Assembly (NCBI GenBank): GCA_028023455.1
Contig: JAQFVV010000010.1
Coordinates: 4,154,001 to 4,218,000 of the forward strand
Length of the DNA stretch: 64,000 bases
Reading direction: 5' to 3'
From: Epiperipatus broadwayi
Lineage: Eukaryota; Animalia; Onychophora
Shown here: positions 37,421 through 51,300 of the stretch, one piece after another
Layout: each line of letters starts with the position of its first letter
Numbering within the stretch: the stretch's first letter is position 1
Notes under the pieces: generated by a model
What the model was told of the DNA's origin: nothing
The model's input: only the letters and a program-made list of their open reading frames with translations
Database searches by the model: none
Made by a program: the position numbers and the translations under genes

Positions 37421-39505
37421 GGCTTAAATATATACACTATACTTCAGTTTAAAATAATTTGTTTACAAAAAAAAAAATGGAATTAAATGAATGTAAAATA
37501 GTAAATTTAAATTATTTTTAAAAAAAGTCATTACTGTTAGCAGTGATCAAAAATATGTACTCCTAATATATATATACACACCCAGGCATTTTTATTTTTA
37601 AATTGTACATGATTGCAGATATGAAAAAAATTCTGGAAAATATTAAAATGAAAACCCACTTTCACTGTAAAGAAATTATAAGGAGTTGAAATGTCAAGGA
37701 TTGTATGTACTATTGTAAAAATATGAAATAATTTGCATCTTCTGATAATGTATTAAAAAGTCAGAAATTAATATTATCATTTAATAAATACAAATTCAAT
37801 TTATTTCAACATTTTGTTGTACAGAAATGTAAAATCATACAACAAAAGCATAATATATATAATGTTAACTTTGAATAATTTTAAAATTAAATTTCTATTT
37901 TTTTTTATATTATTAAATAAATGTCTAAGAAATTAAAAATATTATTTTAGATTTAAAGCATGAATATTATAGATTTATGTTACTTATATTTGAATACACC
38001 TTATTTAATAATTAGTGAATATTAAGTTGTAATAATTAAATATACCAATAATTAATAAAAAGATACTGCATTTATTGATTTATTTATTTTTTTTAATAAA
38101 AAAATTTGTTAAAGAAAACATATCAACAAAGATTTTTATTATTAGTAGTAAAAAGTTTTATTGCCATGTTTGATTAACAAATGATAGTTGATAAGGTTGT
38201 CTTAATTTTTGTATAATGTACGATCATGAACATTATGAATAAAAATTTTTTTAAATGTTTTCATTTTTATTCTACTCTTGTCTGACAGTCTGAATTGATT
38301 CTAATAAAATCCAAGAGTTGAATCTTGAGCAGTCAATTTAAGGTACAATTTTAAAAATAAAATTATAAGGAACTTTATTTCTTAACTCTTTTAATTATTG
38401 CAGGTTTAAAAATTTATTTTTCTCATCAGCCAAACAATTCTACATATTACTTCATTCTTATAAAAAAAATAACATATAGTAATTTTGGAAGATTTATTGT
38501 ATAATGACATTATTTTATTTTATTTTTAGCTTTAGTGCTGTTAACCCAGTGTCTAGTATAGAATTTCAAAATCTGTGTATGAGAATTGCCTCTTTTTTTA
38601 TTTTTTTCTTTGCATAACAATGTACTATTTTTATACCAAAATCAAATTAATAATTGTAGATTTTTTTTTTTGTATTCAAAGAAAACTAAAGCAAAAGTGG
38701 AACAATTAATTTTTTTATTTTTTATGGCCAATTATAAAGTAATTGTTTTTCTATACCACATGTTAGTGCATTTATATATGTCTTAGACATAATTTGTTAA
38801 ACAAAATTTACTTTTTTGCTTTTTAGATATAGTATTTTTTTTTTTTTATGAATTTGAAATGATTATTATTAAGAAAAATATTCATTTTTTTAGTATTCCT
38901 GTTTTTTTTATTTATGATAGTGTCTTTTTTAAATTTATTAAAGATACATTGAATTTGCATTCTGTTATGTCCAACATTTATAAGTTGTGGAATTTTGTAT
39001 TTAGGTTTTTATCACTTTGTAACTACATAACTTCTCATGATATTGAAAATAATTAAAGTTTTTCTATGTATAATTGATGTATTTGATTTAAAATGGATAT
39101 ATTCTCTTTCCTGAATGAATTTGATGAATGACTTATAAATTATAAATCATTTGAATTTATTCATAAATACTATTAATATTAAAATTTTAAGATTTACATT
39201 AGATATGAGAATGATATTTTAGTTTGTAGTAGGGAAATATTATTAATTCCTATATTAATTAAATAGTTAAATAATGTAAATTGTAATATAAGTAAAAATC
39301 AAAATAAAGTCTACATTTTTAGGTTTTTAGATAGGCTTATCCAATAATCATTTAAATTGTAAGTTATTCATTAAACCCATTCAGGGAAAAGAATAAATCC
39401 ATTTTAAATCAACTGTACCATTTATACATAAGTTGGCAAACTTTAAATATTTTCTATATTATAATGAAAAGCTATATAGTTACAAAAATAATAAAATGGA
39501 AATCC

Positions 39506-39635
39506 AACATATTTTAAATAAATTTAATAAAAAGTATTAATAACTTAAATTTATTATTATTTGATGTTAACATATATTAAATAAATTTAATAAAAAGTAT
39601 TAATAACTTAAATTTATTATAAAGTATTTGATGTT
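39506..39635 (+). repeat. Tandem duplication, ~63-nt period, 2 copies
   Basis: aaataaatttaataaaaagtattaataacttaaatttattat is repeated. Confidence 0.85.
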
Positions 39636-40260
39636 GTATATTGTTTCATTTTATGTTTCATTAAAATAAATAAATTAGTCAATAATTCAAAAAATGGTTT
39701 ATCTACAGGACAAAAATAACTATGGAAAAATGATTAAGCAAACACCAATAACTTTATAATTGCTTAAAAATTAATTTAAATAATTGTCAAATGCTGCTTT
39801 GAATTTAATCTATACTAGAGTATTGCATGATAAAAAAAATCATACAAAAAGAAAAAGTTAAGGAGGCAATGATCTTAATAACATTACATTTATTTAGCAT
39901 ATAGAACTTTTTTTAAATAATCCTATGAAGAAACTTCTATTTTCAAATCAGGACATAGATTCACTAGTGGCTTTATTAAGATTCTGTAATAAATAGGCAA
40001 TGCACCAATACTGTCATTCACAAGACTTGATGAATCACATATTTTCTGTTCAATAAATTTCATTTTTGTTGATAAAGATTACAATTAAAATAATTGAAAG
40101 TATTTCTGCTCACTCTTATTCTGTACATAATAATTGAATTAATTAAATATATTACATAATATAATTTAATGAGTATTTAATATATATTAATGATTTGTAA
40201 ATGAAATATTTTAAAAATTATAATTTTGATAGTTTGATTTTTCAATACATTATACAATTA

Positions 40261-40618
40261 TTAAAACATCACATGATCATCATTTCTTTATCCTCACACA
40301 AGCTCTTAAAATAGTAGCAAATTTTTTTTTATATTAGTGCCACTCATTGCAAGTTTTACTAATCATAGATGGTAGAAGATTATGCATCATAATCCCTATT
40401 TTGTGCCTTCCTATCCAATATTCTCAGATTCATTGATGAAAACCATAAGCTAGAAACTAATCTTAGAGATATTGTATGGAAGAGTACTGGATAGGGATTA
40501 TGATGCAAAAACTTCCAACATTTTCTGATTACTAGAGCTTGTATTGTAGGGAAAAAAATTGTGACTGTTTTAACAGCTTGGAGTAAGAACAAAGAAATGA
40601 TGATTATGTGATGTTTAA
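40261..40618 (+). mobile_element. Fold-back element (family F1), copy 2: a complete ~358-nt palindrome with a degenerate HHR at 40433-40462
   Basis: ttaaaacatcacatgatcatcatttctt...aagaaatgatgattatgtgatgtttaa; inner arms catcataatccctat / atagggattatgatg; apex tTGATGA-aaaccataagcta-GAAAC-ta-aTC. Confidence 0.82.
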
Positions 40619-41621
40619 TGGTTCAATACTAATCCTGATCAAACAATAAAAATGTCTAGTTATTTAAAAAAAAAAAACAAAGACACCAAACTATATAAAT
40701 ACTGAAGTGGATTCAGATTTGTATGTTTATACAGATAAATTAACTTGGATTGAATACAGTATTGTGTTTTGGTTTGGGTTGATCGCTTTATAGTTAAACA
40801 AAAAGCTAAAATGTGGGTAATATAAACCTGTATTTGATCTAAAGGTCCAAGTTGCACTGATTCTCGATCCAAGGTTCCTTATAGTTAGAAACTAGTCCAA
40901 GGATATTGAATAGAAAAACACTGGATACAGATTATGATGCCCAATCCTCTAGAATCAAGTGGTTACTATTGTTTGCAGTAGGTATCATTTTTGTGGGGAA
41001 ATTTTTTGCTACTGTTTTAAATTATATAACTTTTTTTCCCAAAAAGAATAATTTTTTTTAATGATAATGGATTTTAATGATAATTCTATATGCATATAGA
41101 TGTAAAAATAAATGATGTAAATGTATAGTATGATTTTCTATCAAAAATATTTTGAAATATATAAATATAAATAATAAAAATAAACTAGTCATTTTAACTT
41201 AAATATATTATTAGAAAGAGTATTATAATATTTACATTAAGAATATGCATTGTATGCTAAAATTTACAACTGCATTTTCATAATTGATGTAAGTTTACTT
41301 TACATTATGCACATTATTGTAAACTGTTGACCATCGAGGGCACAAAAATGTTTTGAAATATTCATAAAATAAGGTCAAAGAATATATATATTATTTATAA
41401 CTCTTCCATTAATTATGGTTCAATAATATCTTATTTTGGAAGAAGTTTTATTTGAACAATAAAACAATTAAATTTCTCATTTTATTCATTTGTAAAAGAA
41501 AAATAATAATATGATACAAATCTTAGAATGTGACTTAAAAAAGAATTTTAATCTTTTTTTAATTCATTTTTTTATTTAATTTAGGAGGAGTTCAAGATCT
41601 GTTCTTTAAAAGTATAAAGTA

Positions 41622-42746
41622 CACCCGGGTCTCATTTTATGCGGATTTATTTAATGTGATGTTGAAGTTATGTGATTCATGTTTCTTCTTAATATCTTTG
41701 TATGCGGGTTTCTTTTATGCGATAAAAATTATTAGATCAGAATATTATAAATTTCGCGCACTCACTTCATATTTAAAGTAATAGCGCATTATCGGAGTTC
41801 GACTTCCATTTTAATAATTTCAATATTTTCAGCGCTTTATAATAGTACTGTAATAGATTTTATGCAATAAAGAAGTTCATAATTCACTTAAAATCAGAAT
41901 TTCCCCATTTTATATACACACATTAAATTTTACAAGACTATAATGTAAATCTGTTCAAACATTATAGATGAAAAATACTATGTATTGTTGTTGCTTTTGC
42001 ATTTTAAATCACATTCTATTTTTGCTTTTTATAAAAAGAGTACGTAATCAATTAACCATTTAGTGACTGCAAGTTTATTTTTAAAAGGTGAGTAACAGTG
42101 GTCGGCACAATTAAATTTGACAATTAAAATCTGATTTTTAGTTGTAATTAACAATTTAAAAATTACATAACGTGATTTGAAATTAAGGTGATGTGAAACG
42201 ATGAAATTTGATTTTTAAACGGAATTGAAAATTCAAGACAAAATTTTGCCCAACAGTGGTGAGTCGGTGTCTTTTTATTATCGTAAGTCTAAGTTCTTAT
42301 TTTTATTTTAAACTTTTAGTTTACTCTAACTGAGAGAGACAAAAAACACCCAAGAAAATGAATTTCTTTGGAAACAAAAATTTCAATTTTAGATCACTTA
42401 GCAAAATGGGAAGGATCAACAGCGATTGGAAAACGTTTAGTGTATTTCCTCTTGACTTCATTTAAGGAGAAGCTACAGTACCTCACATCACATCACTTCA
42501 TGATTAATCTGATGTCTCAAATAGCGATAATGTTTAAAATACCGTACATGTATGAAAAAAATGTAAATTACGCATAAAAATATATTGTTTTGAATAAAAT
42601 TAAATATTGTAGTTAATAAAAAAAGTAAAAAAAGTTTGTCTTGTATCAATTTTTTTCAAATTTGAAATTTTTTATTAGTAATATTTTATTTTTTTATTTT
42701 TTTTTATGCGAATTTTTAAGTAATTTTACATTGTTGCTTTGCTTTT
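41622..42746 (+). mobile_element. pogo/Tigger-type element, copy 2 (one TIR, other end missing)
   Basis: TA|cacccgggtctcattttatgcg. It is the reverse complement of 14950-13610. The HTH remnant ETKISILDHLAKWEGSTAIGKRL lies in ORF 42368. Confidence 0.85.
42451..42496 (+). mobile_element. ~46-nt extreme 3' end of the 1-2673 LINE family, inserted in Tigger copy 2
   Basis: cttgacttcatttaaggagaagctacagtacctcacatcacatcac matches 2633-2673 and 62445-62485 (-). It is absent at the matching site of Tigger copy 1. Confidence 0.8.
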
Positions 42747-45700
42747 TAAACATATATATATTTTCTTTTGTGTAAAACTTCAGATTTTTGAACTGATCTA
42801 TCTTGCTCTTGATGATGTAAAATAATTTGAAATTTCAGACCATAGGATAAGCATTTTGCCATTTATTTCCAGATAGTGTCTTTCATAAGAATTTTATATA
42901 TTGTGATGATCACACATACTGTGATCACACATGTGTACATTTCATATATAATATCGCATAATATTAAATGTGAGTTTTATATGTAAATTAATACATAGAA
43001 AATTGGATAAGGAACGTAGGGAAGAAAAAAATTTATTTTAAGATAGTGTCAATTAAAAAATCAAAATGGAGTAGTTGAGGAATGCAATTAAAAGCAGAAT
43101 CAATTATAGTAATTAAAGAAAATGAAGGAAGGTAAGTGAACAAGATTCTTATCTTTTACCTTCCAAAGTCAACTTTTTTAAAAATTTAAGATTTGGAAAG
43201 TTAAGGGAATATTAAAATAGGATCATCGAAATTGATGATCAAGTCTTAAAGGGAAAAGTAAATAAAAAGAGGGTTAATGATTTGTAGAATTAGCAATCAT
43301 AAAATTCGATCGTTGGTATAAATAAAATAAATAGATTTATAAAAAAGATAAAGATCGTCTCTTTAAACTACACATTGGGACGTCTGAAAAATATGTATAG
43401 CTATGGAAAGGAAAGAAAGGTAGTGTGTAAATAAGAAAATTGTTTTATGGAAAAGTAACAAAAAACAAATATTATGGAAGTAAATAAAAAAAAAAAGAAA
43501 AAACAAGAAGAAAATTTATGCATTTTATGAGAGAAAGTAAAATAAAGAGTGTGAAATGTAATTAATGACTTTCCAATGAACAATAAAAGAAGATAAGAAA
43601 AGGATTCTGGGACAAGACAGTAAGAAGTTGTGAAGGAAAGGAGCCATGTTTGAGTTCTTCTTGAGAGTCTGCTGAGCCGAGACACAGATTAGTTTGTGAG
43701 CTGGTTTTTTTTTTATATATGAACAAAACGGACCAAGAATTTGAAGCATCGAGAATGCAGGGATAAGGGGCCACAAACGGACGCCAGTTGATCCACGCTC
43801 GCCCGGGGGTAATGTCATCTTCCTCATGAAGTAACAGCAGAGATAGCGCCTGCCTGATGGTTCACCCTCCCTGTCATTGAAGCTGCAAAGAATACGACAG
43901 AAGTAAGCTGCATGAAAGAATCCGAGCCGGATTCCAAGAATTTCCATCTCTCCAAAAGAAGTGGAATAATCCACATGATGGTTAACTAATTAGTTGTCCA
44001 AGTCCAGAAAAACCTAGGTAATTAAACTTTAAATATATCACGCGTGTATACACTTTCTTAAAATGGCCACAGAAATTAAAATGCAATTGTAACTGTAAAT
44101 ATTAGTAAATCAAATAATTAGTAGTTTTCTTTATCCAATAATACGTGGAGAAAGGGACTCCAAGCTCTAGAATATCTACATATAAATTAAGAACAATTAT
44201 TATTCAGGGTGAAGGGTTAAATTAAATATAAATTGTATTATTTTAGTGATTTCTTATTTTATGTTTAAATATTATATTTTTAGTGTGTATTTAATGTATT
44301 GTATAAAAAAGTATCTATGAATGAATAGCTCTTTACATCTCGTCTTTCTTTCTCCACCATACTAATTAGAATGATATACCTGTAAGGCTTATTATTAAAT
44401 ATTAAGTAGACATTAATTCTAGTAAAAGGTACACATGTCAATCTAGTACAGTAACGTTAAATCTCGTAAATTTTATAAATATTTCAAGCACTGGGTTGTT
44501 TTATTAATCATTCTTATGAATGGAGTATCCAGCAGCCAAGGAGCGTCTGGTCGGGAAAAATAATACTGGAATATTACATTGGTAATCCCACTGTTCGATC
44601 ACGAATATAGACTTAAATAATTAGTCTATATTGGCTTCTTGCTTGACGTGTCAGTTGTGTCGATAGTAAAAGTGTAAATTAAAACATTTTATTAAGAATC
44701 GAAAAGGTAATTCTGTTACAATATATATGCTGAATTCTTTCATGGTGATCAGATGGCATTGTATGTATTATCATATGATGTCATGACATATGTAAAAACT
44801 TAAAAGAGCTTGTTGAAAAAGATTGTTGCTATTAAAAAATAGTTCTCAAAAATGCTGGTCTTGCTATGTATTTTTTTTTTTTTACAGAACTTATAATAAA
44901 TTATACATAGATCGATTGATTTTGGACTCCAAATATTTTTTTATGTACATTAGAATAATGATGATAATACATTTTTTATTATTGCCAAAAATATATTTTT
45001 TAACCACACATATTCATAAAAATATATTTGAAGTATATTTGTAATTATGGTATACTGTTTTTATTATTATTGTATAGATTCATGTAATTGGGTTTAATAA
45101 TGTATTGGGAAAAATATTAAATTAGAAATGGTTTGTTTTTTATGTAGCGAATTCATTTTATAAACAAAAAATTTGAAATCAATCAAGTTATAAATTTTTT
45201 TAATGTATTGTTATTAGACAAAACAAATCTTATAAGTTGGCATCATAGGACAAAAACATGTTAAAGATGAAACAAAAGCTTTCTTTTAGTATTGTCAAAA
45301 ACAAATTTAGATGTTTTATTGAAACAATAGTATTAGGAATAATTTCATTTTGTGCTTCAGAAATGCAGTTTGTGCACTGGAAGTTTCAAATTGAACTCGT
45401 GGTCCATCAATCTTTAGTTCTAATGTTGTCATTTTTCAATATTTTTAATCAATTAAGTTATTTATGTCCTAATATTACTGTTTAATAATTATAATTTTTA
45501 TCTAAATATATATATTTACATTTATCAGGATCATCTTCATTTAATTAAATTCTGTAAAAGTTAAGATTATAACCACTATGAACCTTAATAATGGTAAAAT
45601 GTACTACTTTTAATACTCTGGTTCTGACAGACAATAGGTGAAGGCTTTTGGAATTTGTATAAAGATAGATAACAAACACAGTGTTATTAGTAGTCATTGG

Positions 45701-47160
45701 TCTTAACTGTCCACTGTCTGATCTATATGTATGGATTCTGTATTTTTAAATTTTGCAAGCAATTGGCTAACATAAACTCCATTATTAGTTCATGATCTAA
45801 ATGCAGTCAGTTGTTAATGTATTGTTTTTTTCCTTTTGATTTCTTATAATTAGATATTATGTGGGATTTGTGTTTATTTATTCAGATGCATCATAATCTG
45901 TAGAAATACAAAATTGTTTATGAATCTATTATTAGGCCTTTTAGGAAAAAGGAATTGAGAAAGTTCTATTAATATTCTATTCAAGATATCCTGTATATTG
46001 ACTCTGCTCAACTTTCCTTAAAATCCATCTCTGATAATGATAATTTTCAATTTTAAGAATGATTGTTTTATGTTGATTATGGATATTAATAATAAATCAG
46101 CAGTTAATAGTGGCTTTTTTTTTGTCAGAACAAAAGTCTTGCCCTTCTGAATAGAATGTTTTTTTTTTGTTGGTATTATAAAGAAAATGTATGTTTTTTT
46201 AAATCCATTCATTCTAAATTTGAGAATCTGTTTGATCCTCTTTGTATATTCTCAAAAGTTATTATAAGGATTAGAATTTCCTAATTATACAGAAGATATA
46301 GAAAGATCTGGAAGAGGATGGGTAAGGTCAGCTTGTAAATATTGCGTATATGAAAATTATCTATCGTAATGATAATTGCAATATCATTTGAAGTAGCTTC
46401 AATAGAAGTTGTTGACCCAACAAAGTGGTTTGTAACAAAGCCCTAGCTATTCCATATTTAGAACACATTCTGACATGAATTTTATGAAAATACACATTAT
46501 CAGAAGAATGATGAACTCCTGAAGTGTAGTAACATTACCATTGTGTTGAACAATTATTTTTTAGAGGTTCTTCGTTTTTTGATTTTGATATATCCCCAGT
46601 TATTAAGTTGAAATTATTTTATTGTTCCTAGGTGAAGAGAATATTACTTGAAAAAATATATCTGGCACTCAAGATGTTTTATAGTTGCCAAAAGCATGTA
46701 GTCATTTCTGTGGAACTGGCATGATTATTTCTTATGATATTGTTGGAGTTTACGCTAATAATTTTATTGTGTTTTCATAATTTTCTGCTAAGCAAGATTT
46801 CATTAAAATATTGTCTGATTTTCATGTGAAGACAATTTGTTCACATGCTAATGCATGCTACTTTGCAAAGTGGACTATACGAAAACTAACATCCATTAAC
46901 TCCAATAAATAATTATTTGTAATATTATAAATGTTTTTGAAAAGACAAAAAGTAAGTGAATCACTGTGAATAAATAACACTGATTTAAAAACAATTATTG
47001 TTTATATTACAGTCTTAAATTGTTTTTTTATTTTCTTTTTTGAATAATATAAGTATGTGTAAACATAATTTATAATTGTGGCAATTTTTAATCAGTGAAT
47101 TATTTCAACAACAATCTATTTTCTTCAATTTTAGATATAAAGATTAAATTTACTAAATAT

Positions 47161-47657
47161 CAAATTTATCTAGATTTTTATAAATTTATGTTATTTTTAT
47201 CCTTTTGTTTTATTATTATTCATGTGCATAATCTAATATCTTTGTAAATTATTTCTGTTACTACATTCACTTTTAAATACCCTATTATACATGTAAAATA
47301 AATAAATATTCTAATATGCAGATTGACTAGAGTCATCTCAATCTCTTTAAATAATCATATGTCATCCTTATGTATTTACATATGTGATGTAATTAGAGAG
47401 GATTTAAATTTATCAAATTTATCTAGATTTTTATAAATTTATATTATTTTTATCCTCCTGTTTTATTATTATTCATGTGCATAATCTAATATCTTTGTAA
47501 ATTATTTCTGTTACTACATTCACTTTTAAATACCCAATTATACATGTAAAATAAATAAATATTCTAATATGCAGATTGACTAGAGTCATCTCAATCTCTT
47601 TAAATAATCATATGTCATCCTTATGTATTTACATATGTGATGTAATTAGAGAGGATT
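47161..47657 (+). repeat. Recent tandem duplication, 253-nt period, 2 near-identical copies
   Basis: caaatttatctagatttttataaattta...gatgtaattagagaggattt starts at 47161 and again at 47414, with only a few mismatches. Confidence 0.92.
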
Positions 47658-48392
47658 TGAACCCAGATTTTCAAGCTCCCTTCAATCATTCACTCCATCT
47701 CATACAACCGATACACATAAACACATGTGTGAAAATATAAATCTCCAATATACATATTTTGTTATGAACCGGTACTCATTAGTTGATCTGGAACATCGTT
47801 TCCCACACACATATATAATTAGGGCTTGGTTTATATTAAGATAGCAAATCTGCAAACTCAAATAGCCAGGCTTCAGTTTTTTCCACTCTTCAACCATACA
47901 TATCATTGAAAATCTGATGATGGTATGTTCAAAGCATTTGTTTGCCAATTTTGTTATCATACCTGTGTTGACCGTAAGTCATCTGACTTGTATTTAAATA
48001 CAATGATACCTGTATTTAAATATTACAGATTCAGCTTGTATTCTGCTCATCTCTCTTCTGTGTATTGAAATGGACTTAAGATCCTACATATGATGGATCA
48101 GAATGACTTATGTTCAACATTGATATGACAGTAAAATTGCCAAGCAAGAGCTTTGAATATGCCATCATCAGATCTTCAGTGATATCGGTGGTTGGAGAAT
48201 GGAGCTTACTTATATGTATGTATGGGAGATGATGATTTGGACCGAATGATGAGTTCTAATTTAACCCTAAATATGTATATTGGAGATCATTTATTTTTTT
48301 CACATGTATGTGGTCATCTGTGTCAGTAGTAGATGGAGTACATGACTAAAAGGAGCTTGAGAGTCTGGGTTCAAATTCCCTCTAATTACATC
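47639..48392. mobile_element. ~750-nt fold-back element (F2-related) with tRNA-like ends and an HHR remnant on each arm
   Basis: Nested inverted pairs: 47639-47760 with 48270-48392, ~47905-47975 with ~48110-48185, and gtaagtcatctga with tcagaatgacttat. HHR remnants lie at 47741-47795 (-) and 48238-48288 (+). Confidence 0.78.
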
Positions 48393-51300
48393 TATCTTAA
48401 GTATATATATTGAAACAGTAATATCTGCTTTGCAGATCTTCATTTCACCTTTTCTCACCTCTTTCCTACCCTCATACCTTAGTTTAAACCCCAGTGTATC
48501 GTAGTGTATCTGCAATGCACTTATATGCTGAAAATCCTGCCCAATTTTAAATCACGAGTACAACGCTCGTGTTGAATATATATCTATTTCTAATTCCCAA
48601 TATAAATAAATATTGTAAATTATGTGTATGTACACGTAAAAGAGATTTGTTTCAAAAGTAGGTTATATGGGTCGTAATTGCACACACACTGTGATATATT
48701 TATTTTCAAAACCTTAGGTAAAATAATAATTTGTCCTTTAAAATTATTTCTGTTTAAATCTATTTATAAAAAGATATTACATTCGTAATATTTGTCTTAG
48801 TTTAAAATAAAATTATATTCATCCCATAAATAGATTTAAACATTGAAAATTAAAAGTAAAATAATTTTGTTTTAGATTTTAAAATCATGCCACATATTTT
48901 CTGTTTAAAATAAATGAGGGTTGGTAAGAAACAATAGCTTTAATTAATATGGTTCTAGGAGCTTATCTAGAAATACAGCAGACCTCCACTTAAGGTAGTT
49001 TTTTTTAATTAGCAAAAGTTGTTTTTATTAAATCAAAGTTTTAATCCGAATGTCTACAGGATAATTAACAATAGAAATTTAATTAAAATTTTGTTGAATT
49101 CATTTGGACATTCGGATGGATTTTATTGCAGTTTGATAAGATAGCAAATTTTGATATTTTGTAACGCTCCAGGGCAGTTTTATTGTACAGTTCGGCTATA
49201 TATAGAAGGGTTTTTTTTTGTTTGGTCATTCTATTCTTTCTGATTATTCTATTCATTCTGAGCTTTCTGATTGTCTTTTGAGCATTTTGATTTTCTGATT
49301 TTATTCTATTGCTGTCCTGACAGTTTGCTAGTAGCCTGCAAGTTTAAATATTTGAAGCCGAGTTTTCGTCTTCAAATAGATTTTACAGTTTTCTAAAATA
49401 TTGCTTTTAAAGTTCTCTGAAACATCCAGTCTTTAAAACTGCCATCTTAAAATGACCGAGTAGAGCCGGCAAGAGGGCTATTTTTCTTTCGGGAATGGCC
49501 ATCCGCTGCACATCAATGCACATGATGCCTTCACGTAAGAAGCTCTAAAACTGCCACCGCTGAGTGCTGCTACAATCAAGTTGGAACAAGTCTCCACTTG
49601 ACATTACCTGCAAATGCCTACTTCTGACGAGGTAACCCAAAATTAACCCAAGAGCTCTTGTGACCGTATCATCCTATTACTAAGCTATAGCTAACTCAAT
49701 TGTTTTCTATTTTGCTTTACCTTACAATTTGGTTTTATTCCTTTAAATGCTGTAATTTAATTAGTATGTTTTTATCTCTATACTTGGGATAATATTTTGT
49801 ATTTTAATCTGTTTTTCTTTTATTTTGATGGTGTGCCAGCATAGTCATCGATCCAGCGAATTACTCTTTTTTATTTAAATCAAGACGCCGTCATTAAGGT
49901 GTTTTAAATTATACATTTGGTCCCATTTATGATCTCATTGAATTGCTCGTTCGAGGGCTATCTCACTATTATTCAAATATATAATAATTTTACAGTTAAA
50001 ATCCACACGTTTATTGGTTTTAACCTAGTATGAGAATATGTGCGAGGTCAATGAGTAAATATTTAACAAATGCATGATTGTATAATTAACTTATATATTT
50101 TTTTAAAACCCCGCAATCATGCATTCTCCCACTTTAAAATGTTTTATTGTTTTGATTAATTTCCAAAGCTATAAATTTGAGGTCGAGAATGGACCACTTT
50201 TTTAAAATAAATATTTGGGGAATTGATTAGGCGCTTTCTTAAACTAAGTGAATCCTTGTTAAAATTTTTCTATACTTTATTCGAGTGTTGCTAGTAGGTG
50301 TATTGGGTTTCTGAGATCGCTTTGTTCCTCCTGAGGGCTTTAAACGGCTAAGATCATTTCCCCTTCACTTTCTGCGGTTCCCAGGCAGAGTGTGTACTCA
50401 AATTGTCATATCTGGGAATTCTACGCAGTTGTCACCCAGTCACTAAGATTTGGATGAGTCCAGACTTCGGCTGCCATGTGACACCAACTCCTACGGATTT
50501 AAGGCAAGCTGCCTTCCTGTATTTTTTTCACTTTTTTATATAATTATTTATCTGCAAAGTTCCAGTGGTTTAAACGTATCATACCCTCCATTCTTTACAG
50601 AAACTCCTCACTATCACCACCGACCTCCCAATAATTATTTTATAAATATAAATGCCTTAATTACGTCCCCACCTTATAGCTTAACAAGCATTAGTCCGTT
50701 CTATTCTCGAATTCAAGAAGTATTATATTAAACTTTAATGTTGCCAAATGTTTTATTCAACTATTTCTGATTTACTCAAAGCGCCTCGCATATCTTCACT
50801 AACTCTTAGGCACATTATCGTAATATTATATTAGCCCGACATATAGAGAATCCATTAATCACCCGTAAATGTAAATTGTCATTAATATAGTTTTAAATAC
50901 AATCTTAGTAAACGTCGCTGTCTAACATATGCAGACAGTGGGCGTATTATATATATTTTGATATTTAATAAATCTTTTAAATCTACTAACTTTTGATTTT
51001 TTATTTTCTTGATCCATATCACTGTCTCAGTCTAGTCTTTTTATACATTCCTTTTGTACCATCCATAGACGTTAGTTAGCAAACCCAAGCTTATATCGTA
51101 GTATAGAATCTCTTTGTTTCTCCCTGACCACCAGGCACTGGTAAAAGGTTATATTATTAGTAGCATCAGATGCATTATCATGTAGGTGGCGCTGTGGAAT
51201 TTAGACTTTAGATTCGAACGTAGGATATCTAGAAAGCAACCCCTCCTGGAACGTTCAGTTCTAAAATTGAGATCGAATTAAAATTCAAAATAATTTATTC

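Noticed and set aside
35276-40500. Apparent inversion of the HHR loop between the two F1 copies (a recombination switch)
   Set aside because: The element is a palindrome, so opposite insertion orientation explains it without any flipping.
49624-49650. ctgacgaggtaacccaaaatt as a decayed HHR
   Set aside because: It has no GAAA, at most a 2-bp stem II and no stem I complement.
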